A stretch of 64,000 nt of DNA from Mayamaea pseudoterrestris (lineage: Eukaryota), in assembly GCA_027923505.1 (NCBI GenBank), contig BROI01000027.1, positions 124,001-188,000 on the forward strand. Reading direction: 5' to 3'. Numbering within the stretch: position 1 is the first letter of the stretch; the number at the start of each line of letters is the position of its first letter. The position numbers and the translations under genes were made by a program. Of the stretch, positions 12,810 to 24,200 are shown piece by piece. The notes under the pieces were generated by a model. That model was not told the origin of the DNA and made no database searches. It worked only from the letters and a program-made list of their open reading frames with translations.

Positions 12810-12925
12810 AGTAAAAATATGCTATAGATGCGCGTGCAGCTACTACCAGTAATTCAAAATTTATCTAGGCGAGTGTAACATTGAGTAAAAATGCATCAAT
12901 GCAATAAGTTTCTCTTTCATCATTC

Positions 12926-14134
12926 TCAAAAGTCTTCCTCGGCGTCTTCAAACTCGTCGTCATCATTGTCAGTAACCTTTTCTTGCGCCTTTGCTTGCTC
13001 TTCTGCTCGCTTTGCATCCTGCATACTCTGCGCTTGTGCGAAATGGAGAGCCTGCTGGGCCTTCCATCGAAAGGCAATGTATATGGATGATGCCAATGCA
13101 AGCCATGTGAACACGTAAAGATTAGAGCCCGGCGACACTCGAACGTTGCCCGTTAATGTATCCACAAGGTCCATGCACGGCATTGATACGCTCGAGTTGG
13201 ACACCTCGTCAAAGAATCTCACACTGCAATTCGTTATTCGTGTCGAATCAATGCCAATGTTGCATTCATTGCCGACAATGGTTGATCCGACGCCTCCCTC
13301 CTTGGTGATGACGGCAGTAGTCACAATCCATGCCAAGACTGCTGCCCCACAAAACAATAGTTCCGTCCAGCCGCCTTCGGAACAAAACTCGATAAAGTTG
13401 TAATGCACAAAAATCCATCCCAGTGACAAGATGGTACTCGCAATTCCAACGGCGATCCCAAGCGCTGCATCCCCTTGATCCGCATCCGGCGGATGAAGGG
13501 CAATCACATTGATGGAAGTTCCAAGCACCACCAGCGATGAAAGTAACAACACATACCATCCCTTTAACGTGGCGCTAACGCCCGTGAGTTCGGAAATGCT
13601 CAAAATGTCCTTGGCAGCCGACCATTCATTGAGTGTATAGACAATGGACGCGAGAATGGCCCAGACGGAAAGGTAAATGTTCATGGTCAAGTAAGCCAAA
13701 CCATCCACTTGCGTAATATATGCAACTAGACAGATCCAAAGCAATGTGAAAAAGCCCAATACGTAGCCTTCCAAATATCCATCCATCGATTTCATATAGT
13801 TGAACATTTCAATCAAAAGCTGCAGACGATCGAGCGCCAAGACAATCACAGCGAACACCAAGGTGATGGCGCTAAAGGCGGCTGCCACGCCAGGATTGCC
13901 GCGGATATCATTGTTGTGCGATATATTGCTGACACTGGAAAGGATAATGATCGCCGTCAAACCGATGAGACTGTATCCCTTGTAGCGAGGATTGTAGTCA
14001 ATCGGTTTGGGAGGAGGTGCTGGTTTGCTAGCATTCTTCTTTGATTCATCATTGTTGTCTGCAGCAGCAGCAGCAGCCGCAGCAGCAGCAGCAGCAGCAG
14101 CAGCAGCTGGTTCTTCAATGTTCGATTCGTTCAT
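12926..14134 (-). CDS. Multi-pass membrane protein (about 8 TM, tandem MARVEL-like), unknown function
   Basis: 402-aa ORF with two repeats of four hydrophobic helices, each ending in an N(I/L)Y..W motif, and an acidic tail. Confidence 0.75.
   Translation of the reverse strand: MNESNIEEPAAAAAAAAAAAAAAAADNNDESKKNASKPAPPPKPIDYNPRYKGYSLIGLTAIIILSSVSNISHNNDIRGNPGVAAAFSAITLVFAVIVLALDRLQLLIEMFNYMKSMDGYLEGYVLGFFTLLWICLVAYITQVDGLAYLTMNIYLSVWAILASIVYTLNEWSAAKDILSISELTGVSATLKGWYVLLLSSLVVLGTSINVIALHPPDADQGDAALGIAVGIASTILSLGWIFVHYNFIEFCSEGGWTELLFCGAAVLAWIVTTAVITKEGGVGSTIVGNECNIGIDSTRITNCSVRFFDEVSNSSVSMPCMDLVDTLTGNVRVSPGSNLYVFTWLALASSIYIAFRWKAQQALHFAQAQSMQDAKRAEEQAKAQEKVTDNDDDEFEDAEEDF
14060..14107 (-). 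repeat. (GCT)n trinucleotide tract encoding poly-Ala (16 residues)
   Basis: Near-perfect GCA run on the + strand with one interruption. Confidence 0.92.
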
Positions 14135-14349
14135 ATTAATGTTTACCAGAGACTACGCTTTACTTTGGGGTGGAAGGATCTCATGGTGATGAAGGATGAA
14201 GCTGCTGCTGCGTTTTCGTTTTCGATGGGAACCGCGCCGTCGCGCGTCGCACCAGGGCATTTCAGTCACGCTTCCATGTCGCATAGTGAGATTCACCTCA
14301 GCTGTGATAGGTTCATTTATGGTAATTTTATGGTAAGCGTTTATCAGTG

Positions 14350-16049
14350 TTAGTTGCACGACTTCTTAAGCTGGTTCAGCACTGATCTACGATATGCTGA
14401 TCCAGCTGGAGGATTGCATTTGCTCGCAATGACTACCTTTCGGCACTCCAAGGTGCCGCGGCAACTGCAGCGGCGCTTGACCTTTCTGGCGCATTTAAGA
14501 ACTGGCATGGCCGCTAGTGGAGATGATTTTCTCTCTCGCGGTTCACTTGTCGATGAATCGGGGGCAAGTGCCGAGCAGGTTTTCGAGTTGCACCGTTTGC
14601 AGCTGGGATAAATGCTCCCCGTCGACAAGCAGCCACGCCATTCATCGCCAAGATCAGAAATGGCGTCCATTATATCGTCCCGACAAGTATATCGTACGCC
14701 ATTGGCAATATAGGCTGTGACGTTGAGTACCTGTTCCGTACATGACTTTGGACAGCCGCAGTTGAGCTGTCGCGATGGCGACCGAAAGGTTTCGTACTGG
14801 GCCACCATGCGGGCAATCTGACCTGGAGTAAACTCACCATAGTTTGCAGAACACTTTGGGGCGATGTAGTTCATAAAGTTGCGAACAGGATCCACACCGG
14901 GCAGGCTTGGGCAAGTGTTGAGAGTTGAGGCTCCGTTTTCGTCAAGACAGCAAGTTGTATAGGCACAGTCCGCGTTGAGCGTGTACGTATAATGGGCTGG
15001 AGTGTCGGCAACACCATCGCCAATCATTTTATACATGCCGTTTTCTTGGCGAAACTCGGTCGTATCGCATCCATTTGTGTCGTCTCCAGACTAGAAGGGC
15101 AAGGATGAGAACGAATTGTGAGATCGGACTTGGCGACGAAGTGACGCGAGCCCCTCATTGCTATAGCGTAGATGCAATATGTGTCACCAAATAAAGACCT
15201 ACCGCCGATTGGAAGGTGTGCTTTAGCCCCAGCCAATGACCGGCCTCATGGATTAAACTTTCCGCCGTGCCCGCGAGACCAAAGACATCTGGATGCGGCA
15301 CGCCAACCCCGTCAAGTCCGAGTTCGCCAATGATCACGACAGTCGGCGAGGTGGCAAACCCTGAGTTCAACGTCCTGCCACCCTGACTAGTGTCGCATAT
15401 TATTATGTTCATCGTAGTGGGCGAGCCTTGTCGAATATACTTTCGAAACTTCTTCAATTTTGATTGCGAGCAAGCGTTAACAGCTCCATTGACGCCGTCT
15501 GCTGTTTTCGTGCTTCCTGCATGGATGAATGCAAAACCAGTGCTGGCGAAACCCTCATTGAGACGATTTATGATAAAATCTTGATCAGATTTCGACAAGT
15601 CGCCCGTGTTGCCAGTTATTCTGATGGTCGTTTGGTGAGAATATTGTTCGTAAGTGAGCCATCACAAGACCTCTTTCTCTGAAACTTCCGCATCTCTGCA
15701 TTCTGACTTACATATGAAACCATACGTCTATACGGATGCTCGCAAGCTCTCGGCCTACTCGCAATCGACGTAAACGTATAGGATTCCTTTGCTCCCAAAC
15801 CTCTTGAGCTTCGCTCATCATGCGATCCTCCTGCTCGGTAACATGCGCGCCACAAAACTCACTCGAGTCACCATCAATGCCATTCCAATGAACGTGCTCA
15901 TTCGCAGTGACATTCACTGCAAACGGCTCCCCATTTCTAGTTTTGTCATCGGAATGATGATGATGATGACGATGATTGCTGTGAGCCTTCGCACTTCCAA
16001 AAAGCAAGGCAAACAAGACGCTTCGTCTCAGGCCGGAAAGGAAGACCAT
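14350..16049 (-). CDS. Secreted zinc metalloprotease, peptidase M43 (pappalysin/ulilysin-like); introns 15621-15711 and 15091-15202
   Basis: Signal peptide, cysteine-switch-like FCG, HEAGHWLGLKHTF, DGVADTP and Met-turn NFMNY. Both GT-AG introns restore one frame. Confidence 0.9.
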
Positions 16050-16348
16050 GGTAACGATGGAAATGCCGAGCGACCCTCTCAGAGTCGGCGATGTTATAAA
16101 AATGAAGGAAGAAAGACAAGCAATGGAAGAAAAAAGAACGCAATTGCGGGCAAAAAATGTTCTGGCGATATCAGAAAAGTACAGCCCACATTGACAGTAC
16201 TTCGAAAGTCACAGTAAACCTCAAGACGATTTTTTGTCAATCGTGCGAAAAAGCATGACTCACACAACCGTGATTTGGGTGATGTCGTGCTCCATCCTTG
16301 GCGACCGCACACGTCGACAACAAACCACCATTGTACTTATTGACTGCA

Positions 16349-16909
16349 ATGAAATCAAGGCAACTGAATTGCAGAGCTCTCGTATTGATCTCTTTCGCTT
16401 TGGGCGTCCCCATCGCTTCTGGATTCTGCATCGGCCGATCCCTTCACACATGTCGAGTGAGTGTCGAGTACGTCAGAACACAAGCAAACTTTAATATTCC
16501 ACTGTCACCTCATTGTCGTTCATCAAGTCGACTTTGTCTCGTTACGGAGGATGATGTTTTGACCGCTGTCAGTCGCGCCGAGCAGCTATGGGCCGACGCT
16601 TTGGACGCGCGAGAAACCGCCAATGCACTTTCGGACCGCGCCGAGGAGGAAGCCGAAGCCGCCATGGAGCTGACTGAGAATGTGGCAGCGCTTTATAAAA
16701 GCATGAAGTCTATCAGTTTGGAGAAGATTGCCAAGGCAGATGCTGCGACAACCTCTAGTATTGATGCCAACGGCATGGTTGGGCGAGCGCTGGAAGCATG
16801 CCAGAAGGCTGACTTGCTGGAGCTACAAGCGGAGGAAGCATTGTTACTGTCGGAGGAGAAGTTGACGCAGCACTTGCTTGATTTTCCAGATTCCTCGTTG
16901 GCGGAGTAA
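16349..16909 (+). CDS. Probable plastid-targeted acidic coiled-coil protein, unknown function
   Basis: Signal peptide ending ASG-F, Ser/Arg-rich transit-like segment and an Ala/Glu-rich helical body. Confidence 0.7.
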   Translation: MKSRQLNCRALVLISFALGVPIASGFCIGRSLHTCRVSVEYVRTQANFNIPLSPHCRSSSRLCLVTEDDVLTAVSRAEQLWADALDARETANALSDRAEEEAEAAMELTENVAALYKSMKSISLEKIAKADAATTSSIDANGMVGRALEACQKADLLELQAEEALLLSEEKLTQHLLDFPDSSLAE

Positions 16910-17191
16910 TGGATTTGACAGGTGATATGTATTTCTCCCACTGCACTTGCAGCGCGGCTTAAGCACATCTCTCACTTTTTTCCACCCAACAATTAGAAAG
17001 GTAGCTGGCCGAGCTTACAGAATATGTGCGAGCCAATGAAATGCAGCTAGAAACCTTGACGCAAGTTATCGGCGCAATCCAGAAAGAGCTAAACCATGAG
17101 CATGAATTTAAATTTAAGTAGAAACGATGTGTAAAGAAAATTTTCAGTTATGTTTATCATGAATCATGCTGCCATGAGCGCATATCTATCG

Positions 17192-18460
17192 CTATATTTT
17201 GGTGAATGTAAGGATATGTAGCGTCGGCGTTGGCGGAAATGCTACCGAGTCGAGTCGAAAGCCCGCTCTTGCTGCCAAGCCAGCCCATTGTGACCGACTT
17301 CGCTCCATCTTTCCGCCCACCAAAAGTAGTTGAACGTCCAAATTTACCATGGTTTGTTTCAAGCCATTGGCTTCTTCTCCGTCTACCAATACTGCATCTC
17401 CGATAATGAGTTTTCCATCCGCTGATAACACGCTATGAAACGATTGCAGAGCTTCAAGTACATCTGCATCATACCAATCGCATAGCACGTGCTTGGCGAA
17501 TATAACATCGCACGATGGTATAGTCTCGGGCAGAAACATGTCACCTGGTATCATTTCTACATCCTTTGGTACATGTGGCGCTTCGGCAATGACATCCGGC
17601 AAGTCCAAACAAATGCACGTAATACCGGAATGTTCCTTTTGCACTGCCTCCATGACTTCGCCATGTCCGCCACCAATGTCAACAATCGTTTTGCCTTTAA
17701 AGGCGCCCCAGTCGACGCACTTTAGCACTGATGGTATTTCGCCTGGCGAAACGCGCGTCACCACTTGTCCCGCGTATTCGGCAGCTTGCGGATTGTTTCG
17801 ATAGTAGTCGACAATGTTGGTCCCCTGGTTGGCCCGCGTATATGGACTGCTCGCCTTGGTGTCATACGAGCCTGCTAGTATTTCGGGCAGCTCGGTCCAG
17901 CTGCGAAAGAGCGCCGGATCAAGCCAGTAATGAGCAAAGGCCGTCATGGAATTGGAGTGAGTCGTTTGTAGAAGCTTGCCCAGGTCGGATAAACCAAACT
18001 CGATCAAGTATTCGTCCTCAATGAGTCGTTGCTCGATGATTCCAATCGTTGTAAGTAGACGTAGAATCCGCAGCAGGGCATTTCGATTGAGTGTTGGAAT
18101 GTCTAATTTGTCCACCATGTTTGTCACAGTCAGGAACTGATCACCCAAAATGTCTGGTATACCAAGCTTGACAACGGCGTAAAGAGCTTGTGATGGAAAG
18201 TGGGCCTGCAGCAGATGCATCAGGGACATTTCCTTGTCATTCATGGGCTTGAATGATAATGGCGACAGTTCTGTTGATTGAAAGTCACCACTGAACCCCT
18301 TGCCGGTAGCCTCTGGCGTTGTCGTTTGCACCGTCGCAGCAGACATTTGTAGGCAAGTCGTTGTCATCGAAGCACTGCTGCATGCGGATGATGACGATGG
18401 CCGATGACCAATGTCCCTTCGGTGCGCAACCGTGAGGAATGCAAAGCTTGTCCAGCGCAT
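17192..18460 (-). CDS. SAM-dependent O-methyltransferase (COMT-like, Methyltransf_2)
   Basis: Dimerisation domain (VKLGIPDIL, LLRILRLL), IVDIGGGHG, LDLPDVI, PGDMF and KHVLCDWYD. Start codon is uncertain. Confidence 0.9.
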   Translation of the reverse strand: MRWTSFAFLTVAHRRDIGHRPSSSSACSSASMTTTCLQMSAATVQTTTPEATGKGFSGDFQSTELSPLSFKPMNDKEMSLMHLLQAHFPSQALYAVVKLGIPDILGDQFLTVTNMVDKLDIPTLNRNALLRILRLLTTIGIIEQRLIEDEYLIEFGLSDLGKLLQTTHSNSMTAFAHYWLDPALFRSWTELPEILAGSYDTKASSPYTRANQGTNIVDYYRNNPQAAEYAGQVVTRVSPGEIPSVLKCVDWGAFKGKTIVDIGGGHGEVMEAVQKEHSGITCICLDLPDVIAEAPHVPKDVEMIPGDMFLPETIPSCDVIFAKHVLCDWYDADVLEALQSFHSVLSADGKLIIGDAVLVDGEEANGLKQTMVNLDVQLLLVGGKMERSRSQWAGLAARAGFRLDSVAFPPTPTLHILTFTKI

Positions 18461-19214
18461 ATTCAAGTATATTGATATATAAGCTTTTGATACGGATCTG
18501 TGTTCGTCTGTATCTTCTTGCCGAACGTGACGAGTCGAAGTGGAACAAATTCTGTGCTAGGAATTTGAGGAGCGCCGGTTCGTGCTCACTGATTATGTGC
18601 GTAGGTTTGTTTCGAAGATGCAACAATCTTTGTCGCTAGTGCTTGTTCCTTTTGGCTGAGTCTTTCGTTCCGGATAAAGGTCTGTGTCTTTACTAGAATT
18701 GAAGTGTGAAGCGACAGTGATGGGTCGGATGGAGGCATCGACACAAACAAACGTTCCAAGAGTTGCCGATTGGCGTGGCGCGCCCATGCCAATGGCCCCT
18801 TCCTCCGTGCGTCGCTCGCAAACGAATGACGTATGTCTCTTTTCAGTTGCGCTGCATCGAATAGGCCATTGCGCAAGGCCATTGGAATCCAACGATGAGG
18901 AAAACGTGATGCAGTTCGCCACCGAGTCAGACCGAATTGCGCACCTCGGCTGAGCACGCCCGTCACCGCTGCGACATACTGTTGGTTGGCGGTTGGCTTT
19001 GCGCGCATCCGCCACCATGCACAAATAAGTCAAAAGACTTTCGCTACAGTCGCTGTTATTTTGTCTTCGAAGCTACTTGTTTTGACTTGGGTCGCATCTT
19101 GTCAAGACTCTGATTCGCAATATACATAGCGCAGCGCAGCAGTGGTTTTTAACATTAACTGACGCAGCTTCCCTACCAAATCATAGCACCCATTCATCGT
19201 GTTTTGCCACCATC

Positions 19215-21193
19215 ATGCCTCCCATGAAGCGCAAATTTATCCTTCCTAATCACCAGGAAAGCCGCCGTCACATCGTGGCTCATCGTACTCCAGCCGCAGA
19301 GCCTCATCCGCTGCGAGTCGCTATGGTTGATCACTACGATCGCGACCAGGCGGACTTAAACCAAGACAAGCAGCGCGCACTGCAAGCGCTTGCGAATGTT
19401 TCTCACTCATCTGCGCCCAATCAAATGCCGGAATGTCCTCGTCACTTGATTCATTGCGAACATTACTACCGTCAGCAGGAGCTTAACTATCGAACTGGCA
19501 TTGAGACTGGAAACGTTTACGTTTGGGGAACGAATGATAGCCAGCAGCTCGGGCAGCCAGCTCATGTTCATTTGGCGGAAATAGGACAAAAGAAAAATAC
19601 ATATGGACCTTTGTCTGTTTTCATTGAAAAGGCTCTTGACGAAGGCATTCGTCAGATTGCGGCTGGATCATCCCATTGCATCGTTTTGAGCGACAAGGGT
19701 ATTCCGTACACTTGGTACGTTCTGTATATTGTGTCGGTTTGTTGCTGCTGCACTCTGGATTTAAAAATCTATATTTCATTTCTTTTATTTGCAGGGGCAT
19801 GTCGGACCTTGGATTGTTGGGCCGTCCAGTTGTGGATGCCGAGTCGGAAGCTACTCCATCACCAATCGTCCATGAATTTATGACGGACGACGGTCGTCTT
19901 GAAAAGGAACGAATTGCGGAAGTTGCCGCTGGGTCTTCTTTTAATTTGTTTCGCTCTTTCAATGGAAATATCTACTTTTGCGGTTTCTTCACGGACGAAG
20001 ATGGTCAATCGTTCAAGCCGTTGTCTCGAGGCGATCGCTCTTCGGTCGGCGAACACCCTACGCCTGTTCATGTCTCTCTTGGAGGAAATAAACGGGCCAT
20101 TCGGCTCCACGTGGGCCCTGATGCTAACTATTGTGCGGTGGAAGTAGACGACGGGCAAATTTACACGTTTGGAATGGGCACTTCCGGCCAGGTACGTGAC
20201 AAATATTTCGTTTGTTTGCTTGTAGCGTCCCACCTGATTCGCATTTACTTTTTCTGCAGCTTGCGCATGACAATGCGCCCACGGATTTGGGCCGGTCGTC
20301 GTATATTAGCGTCGTTAATGAAGAAAAGGTCGTGAACGAAGATTTTATTGCGAAGCATCTAATGATGCCCGCACCGGCCGTCTTTGCTTTGGGACTTAAA
20401 GTCGATGTGTTGAGTGTGGCATGTGGACAATTTCATCTTGTAAGTAATATTGCTGGTAACGTATGCCCAGTAATCTGTTCTGCTCACGACCTTAACCTAT
20501 GTAAATTTAGGTGGTAGCCGGACGACCAATGAATGGTAACGGAGAATCTTTTGTTTATGTATCTGGCCATAATGGGTTCGGTCAATTGGGATGCGATTTG
20601 GCTGTGACGGAGAAGCACGAATTGACGGAGGTACGTTGGATCTCACAGACTATCAGTGCGCACGCGGCAACCTGTTGCTCACACTTAATTACCCTTATTG
20701 TTAGCTGCCATACTTCAACGGAAAAAATATAGTCCGAGTGGCTGCCGGGCAGAGTCACTCGCTTGCTATGGACATTTCAGGGTCGTTCATTTATGCGTGG
20801 GGTTCTGGTGCTAAAGCTGAGCTTGGTCAAGGCCGTGACTTCGTGCCCTCAGTTTGTTTTAACCCACAGCTTGTCAAGTTTCCTCGAATTTCATTGTCGG
20901 ACCTCAATGTCACACGACTGTTCCGCAGCATACATGCAGGAGGAAATGGTTCAATGGCGATAACCGTAGATGGCGAAATCTTCACATGGGGGTTTGGTGA
21001 TAATGGTGCCACTGGTCATGAGACGCAAGCGGACGAAGAAATTTACTGGGCCCGGCAATTGAAGGTGGACGAAATGTTGGCAGGAAAGCGCAAAGGAAAC
21101 AAGTTCGACATCTTAAGCGCCTCAATGGGACATACCCTTACGATGATTCTCGTTGACGAGACGTCGCGCAAGCGGAAGCACCCTGCTGCGTGA
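19215..21193 (+). CDS. RCC1-repeat beta-propeller protein; introns 19715-19794, 20192-20259, 20440-20510, 20631-20704
   Basis: Repeated VYVWGxNxxxQLG, IAAGSSH, VACGQFH, GHNGFGQLG and IFTWGFG. Four GT-AG introns link five ORF pieces in frame. Confidence 0.9.
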
Positions 21194-21259
21194 GTTTTCA
21201 AGGCAGCGGTTTTATGAATATAGTTTACAATGCTATATTAATTCATGTTAGCGTGATCT

Positions 21260-24200
21260 CTAGTCTAGGTCCAGTGATGCGTTAAATGCAACGCCTCCGA
21301 AGTTGGTAGACGATTGGGTGCTTTTAGACGCATCATCCATGTCCCAATTGTTCAGTCCAAATGTTTTCGCCTCATAGACAGTAGGGTAACTTGTTCTTTC
21401 TCTTAGAATGCGCGCCTCGCGAAGACGCCTCAACCGAATCATTAGTTTTGAATGTTCGTCACTGAAGCGACTGAGACTATTTGGTCGAGTAATTGCTCGG
21501 TCACAAGAATGGTAATTCAGTGACACATCGATCAGCGTAGAATTCAGTTTGGACGTACGAACCGCTTGCTCTCGAAGTGTTCGCGACAAGGGAAATCCAG
21601 AAGAAGAAGATTGCTTCTTGTACATGCCGTTGGTGGGATGAGAAGTTAAGGTCATTGCGGGCTCCTGAACCATGCCCCGCCCAGATGCTTGTCTGTCATC
21701 ACGTGCTTCAACGTTAGCGTTGTGTAGATGAGACGACAACGTCTTTTTCGAGTATCGTCGCGTCGTCGGAACTAGTCGCACCGATCTATTGCTCCTTGTG
21801 GGAGTAATAGCCCTTGACCTTTCGGTGGTTTTTGACTGCCCATCTGACTGCGCACCTGCAAATGTCGAGGCATCACTATCGATGTCAAATATATCTTTTT
21901 TTTTTGGCAAGCCATCAGACGACTTTGGAAACAATGACTCCATTCGGAATATGTCCCAATCTAAATTTTGAGTTGTAGGCGCCGCGTCCCATCCGCTGGT
22001 TTTATTAGCCGACCGAACAAAGAAACCATGTGCGCTCCCGCTGTATTCATCAAGCAAAACATGATCTCGGTTGTCCCGTGCCAGGAGAGGAATTGCGGCT
22101 TCAGATAATTGGCTGGACGACTCATCGCCGCCCCGATCTGAAACATATGCCGAGCTCGACGTTTTTGAACTATCATCGACATATCCTTGATTTTCTTCAG
22201 CCTTGCTAATAAGCGCTGTTGGCGTCGTTAAAATTGACACGTCGGCAATGGACAAGTCAAGCGTGACACCATCTGAGCTGCCATCAAATGATCGGCTCCC
22301 ATCAATCCCATCGTCTTTCTTCTCTTCATTGGCAAAATCCGGAGAGCACTTCGGTCGCTTTTGCTCACAGTTATAAGAATGATGGTCATCAGCCTGCTTA
22401 CTAACCAAGAAGGTTGCCGCCATTGCACGCGGCACGGCACGCGTTATTATTGGCTTTGCAGAATTTTGCGCATCGTCGACTCTGGTATCAGCGCACCTCG
22501 TAGTCCCTTTAGCACTTCGCCAAAGTCTTGCTGGAGGCGATGTATCATGCTTTGCCGCCATTCTTGCCTTGTTCGAGAATTTGAGTAGGCTCGCAATCAT
22601 TGTCAAGCTTGAATTCGAATACCGAGACAGCGACGTGTCAGATATCGCCGCCGATACAGGACGGAAAGAAGGAACTATGACTGCGCTGTGTATTTCGGTT
22701 GTGCTCATTGCGGAAACAGGAACTTGCTTCATCGGGGTTGGCCGCACGATACAAGGAGCATCAGAGTTTTTCGCAATCATCATGCTAATTCCTTCGTGTA
22801 CTTCAGGTTGAGTGTCAACTAAAATCCCTTTATTTCGCTGCAGGCGACTGCAATCCCCTGCACAGTTGTTTGTTTCATACCCTGTACATTCATCACCAAT
22901 AGCTTTCGGATTTGCTTCCCTTTGTTCCGATTCCAGACTTTTACTTGCTGCAGTATCATGCATCGATCCGCCATCACATATTAGTCTTGCGGCCGACTTC
23001 GTGTTGGCGCTTTGCGTCTCAACTCTAGACAACTTTTGAAGGTTGATAAAGGACGTTGCAGCGATGCTCTCGTCATGAAGCGCCTTCGCATGCAGCAATT
23101 GCTTGTGCACATTTTGAGCATCTGCAGTTAAATCTAATGCCCTTAGTGATTGCGACCCAACAGGACGACGAGCTTGACGATAACCAACGACAGTTATCGG
23201 CGCATTCTTTTGAAGGTTGTGCGTAGCCAAGATGTCTTTCTCTTTATTGTCCCACCCTGTCTTTGCAAAACTTTTCGCGACACTGTCGCGGTAAACTTCA
23301 ATACCACTTCTTTGAGGCAAAGATGGACGAGTCGCTTTTCCAGCATTTTTATCCGCGAGCCCTACAGCACCAAGCCATGTCTGCGCACTTGATTTTGTGG
23401 TTTCGTTCGAAAAACCGCTTGGATCATCAGTCCATGAACGTGCCATAACAGCTGATATTTGATCACCAAGCTTCCCCCGTGATTTTGTGTTCCTTGGCGT
23501 GCCAACTGACGGATCCCTCGCGCTGATCTCAAATGTTTGAATACGATCTTTGATTGAGAAGGGAATATCACTTATTTGCTCCATTTCGGTCGCTGAACCT
23601 GCCTCGCCTGCAGATTGTTTCTCATCTGAAGCAATTACCTTCATCTCAACAGAAATCTCTTTGGCAACCTTCGTGGCCGGTCGTTTCACGGCCACTGATC
23701 CAAATTTTAAGACCGTCTGTTGAAACTGTCGACAAGGTTCCGCCGCCTTCGGTTTCTGATCAAACTTCGCCCGCATCAGTCTGACTACTGATGGCTTTGG
23801 GCAAGGCTGGGCATCATAAATCTCCCTTAAACTTTTAACGCTCACATCATCGTCGCCTTCATTCTTCTCTTCAACTAGACCAGCTGCCGCTTGCTTGTTT
23901 TCAAGCGCGGTTTTGATGCTCTGAACGTCAATGTGTTTTTCACTGTCGACGCAGTCCGCCTGCGCAATTTTAGGCTGTAAATGCTGAGCCGCCAGCAGGT
24001 TGGATTTTTCTAGCACCTTCGCCTTTGTCGATTGCTTCTCCGCCAAAGCTGCGAGATATATCTGAGCAGGAGTCGGACGTGACTTTGCATCGGTTGACTG
24101 ATTTTGGTTACTACGACTTGCAAGCGACCCTGACACTGGAAGTGACGATGCGTTGTTGAACAGTTGTGAGGGTAAGCTAAAGCGGTTTTTCGACGTTTCA

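Noticed and set aside
18586..19033. 140-146 aa ORFs in the gap between the O-methyltransferase and RCC1 genes
   Set aside because: No recognisable motif, overlapping frames on both strands, and position fits a divergent promoter region.
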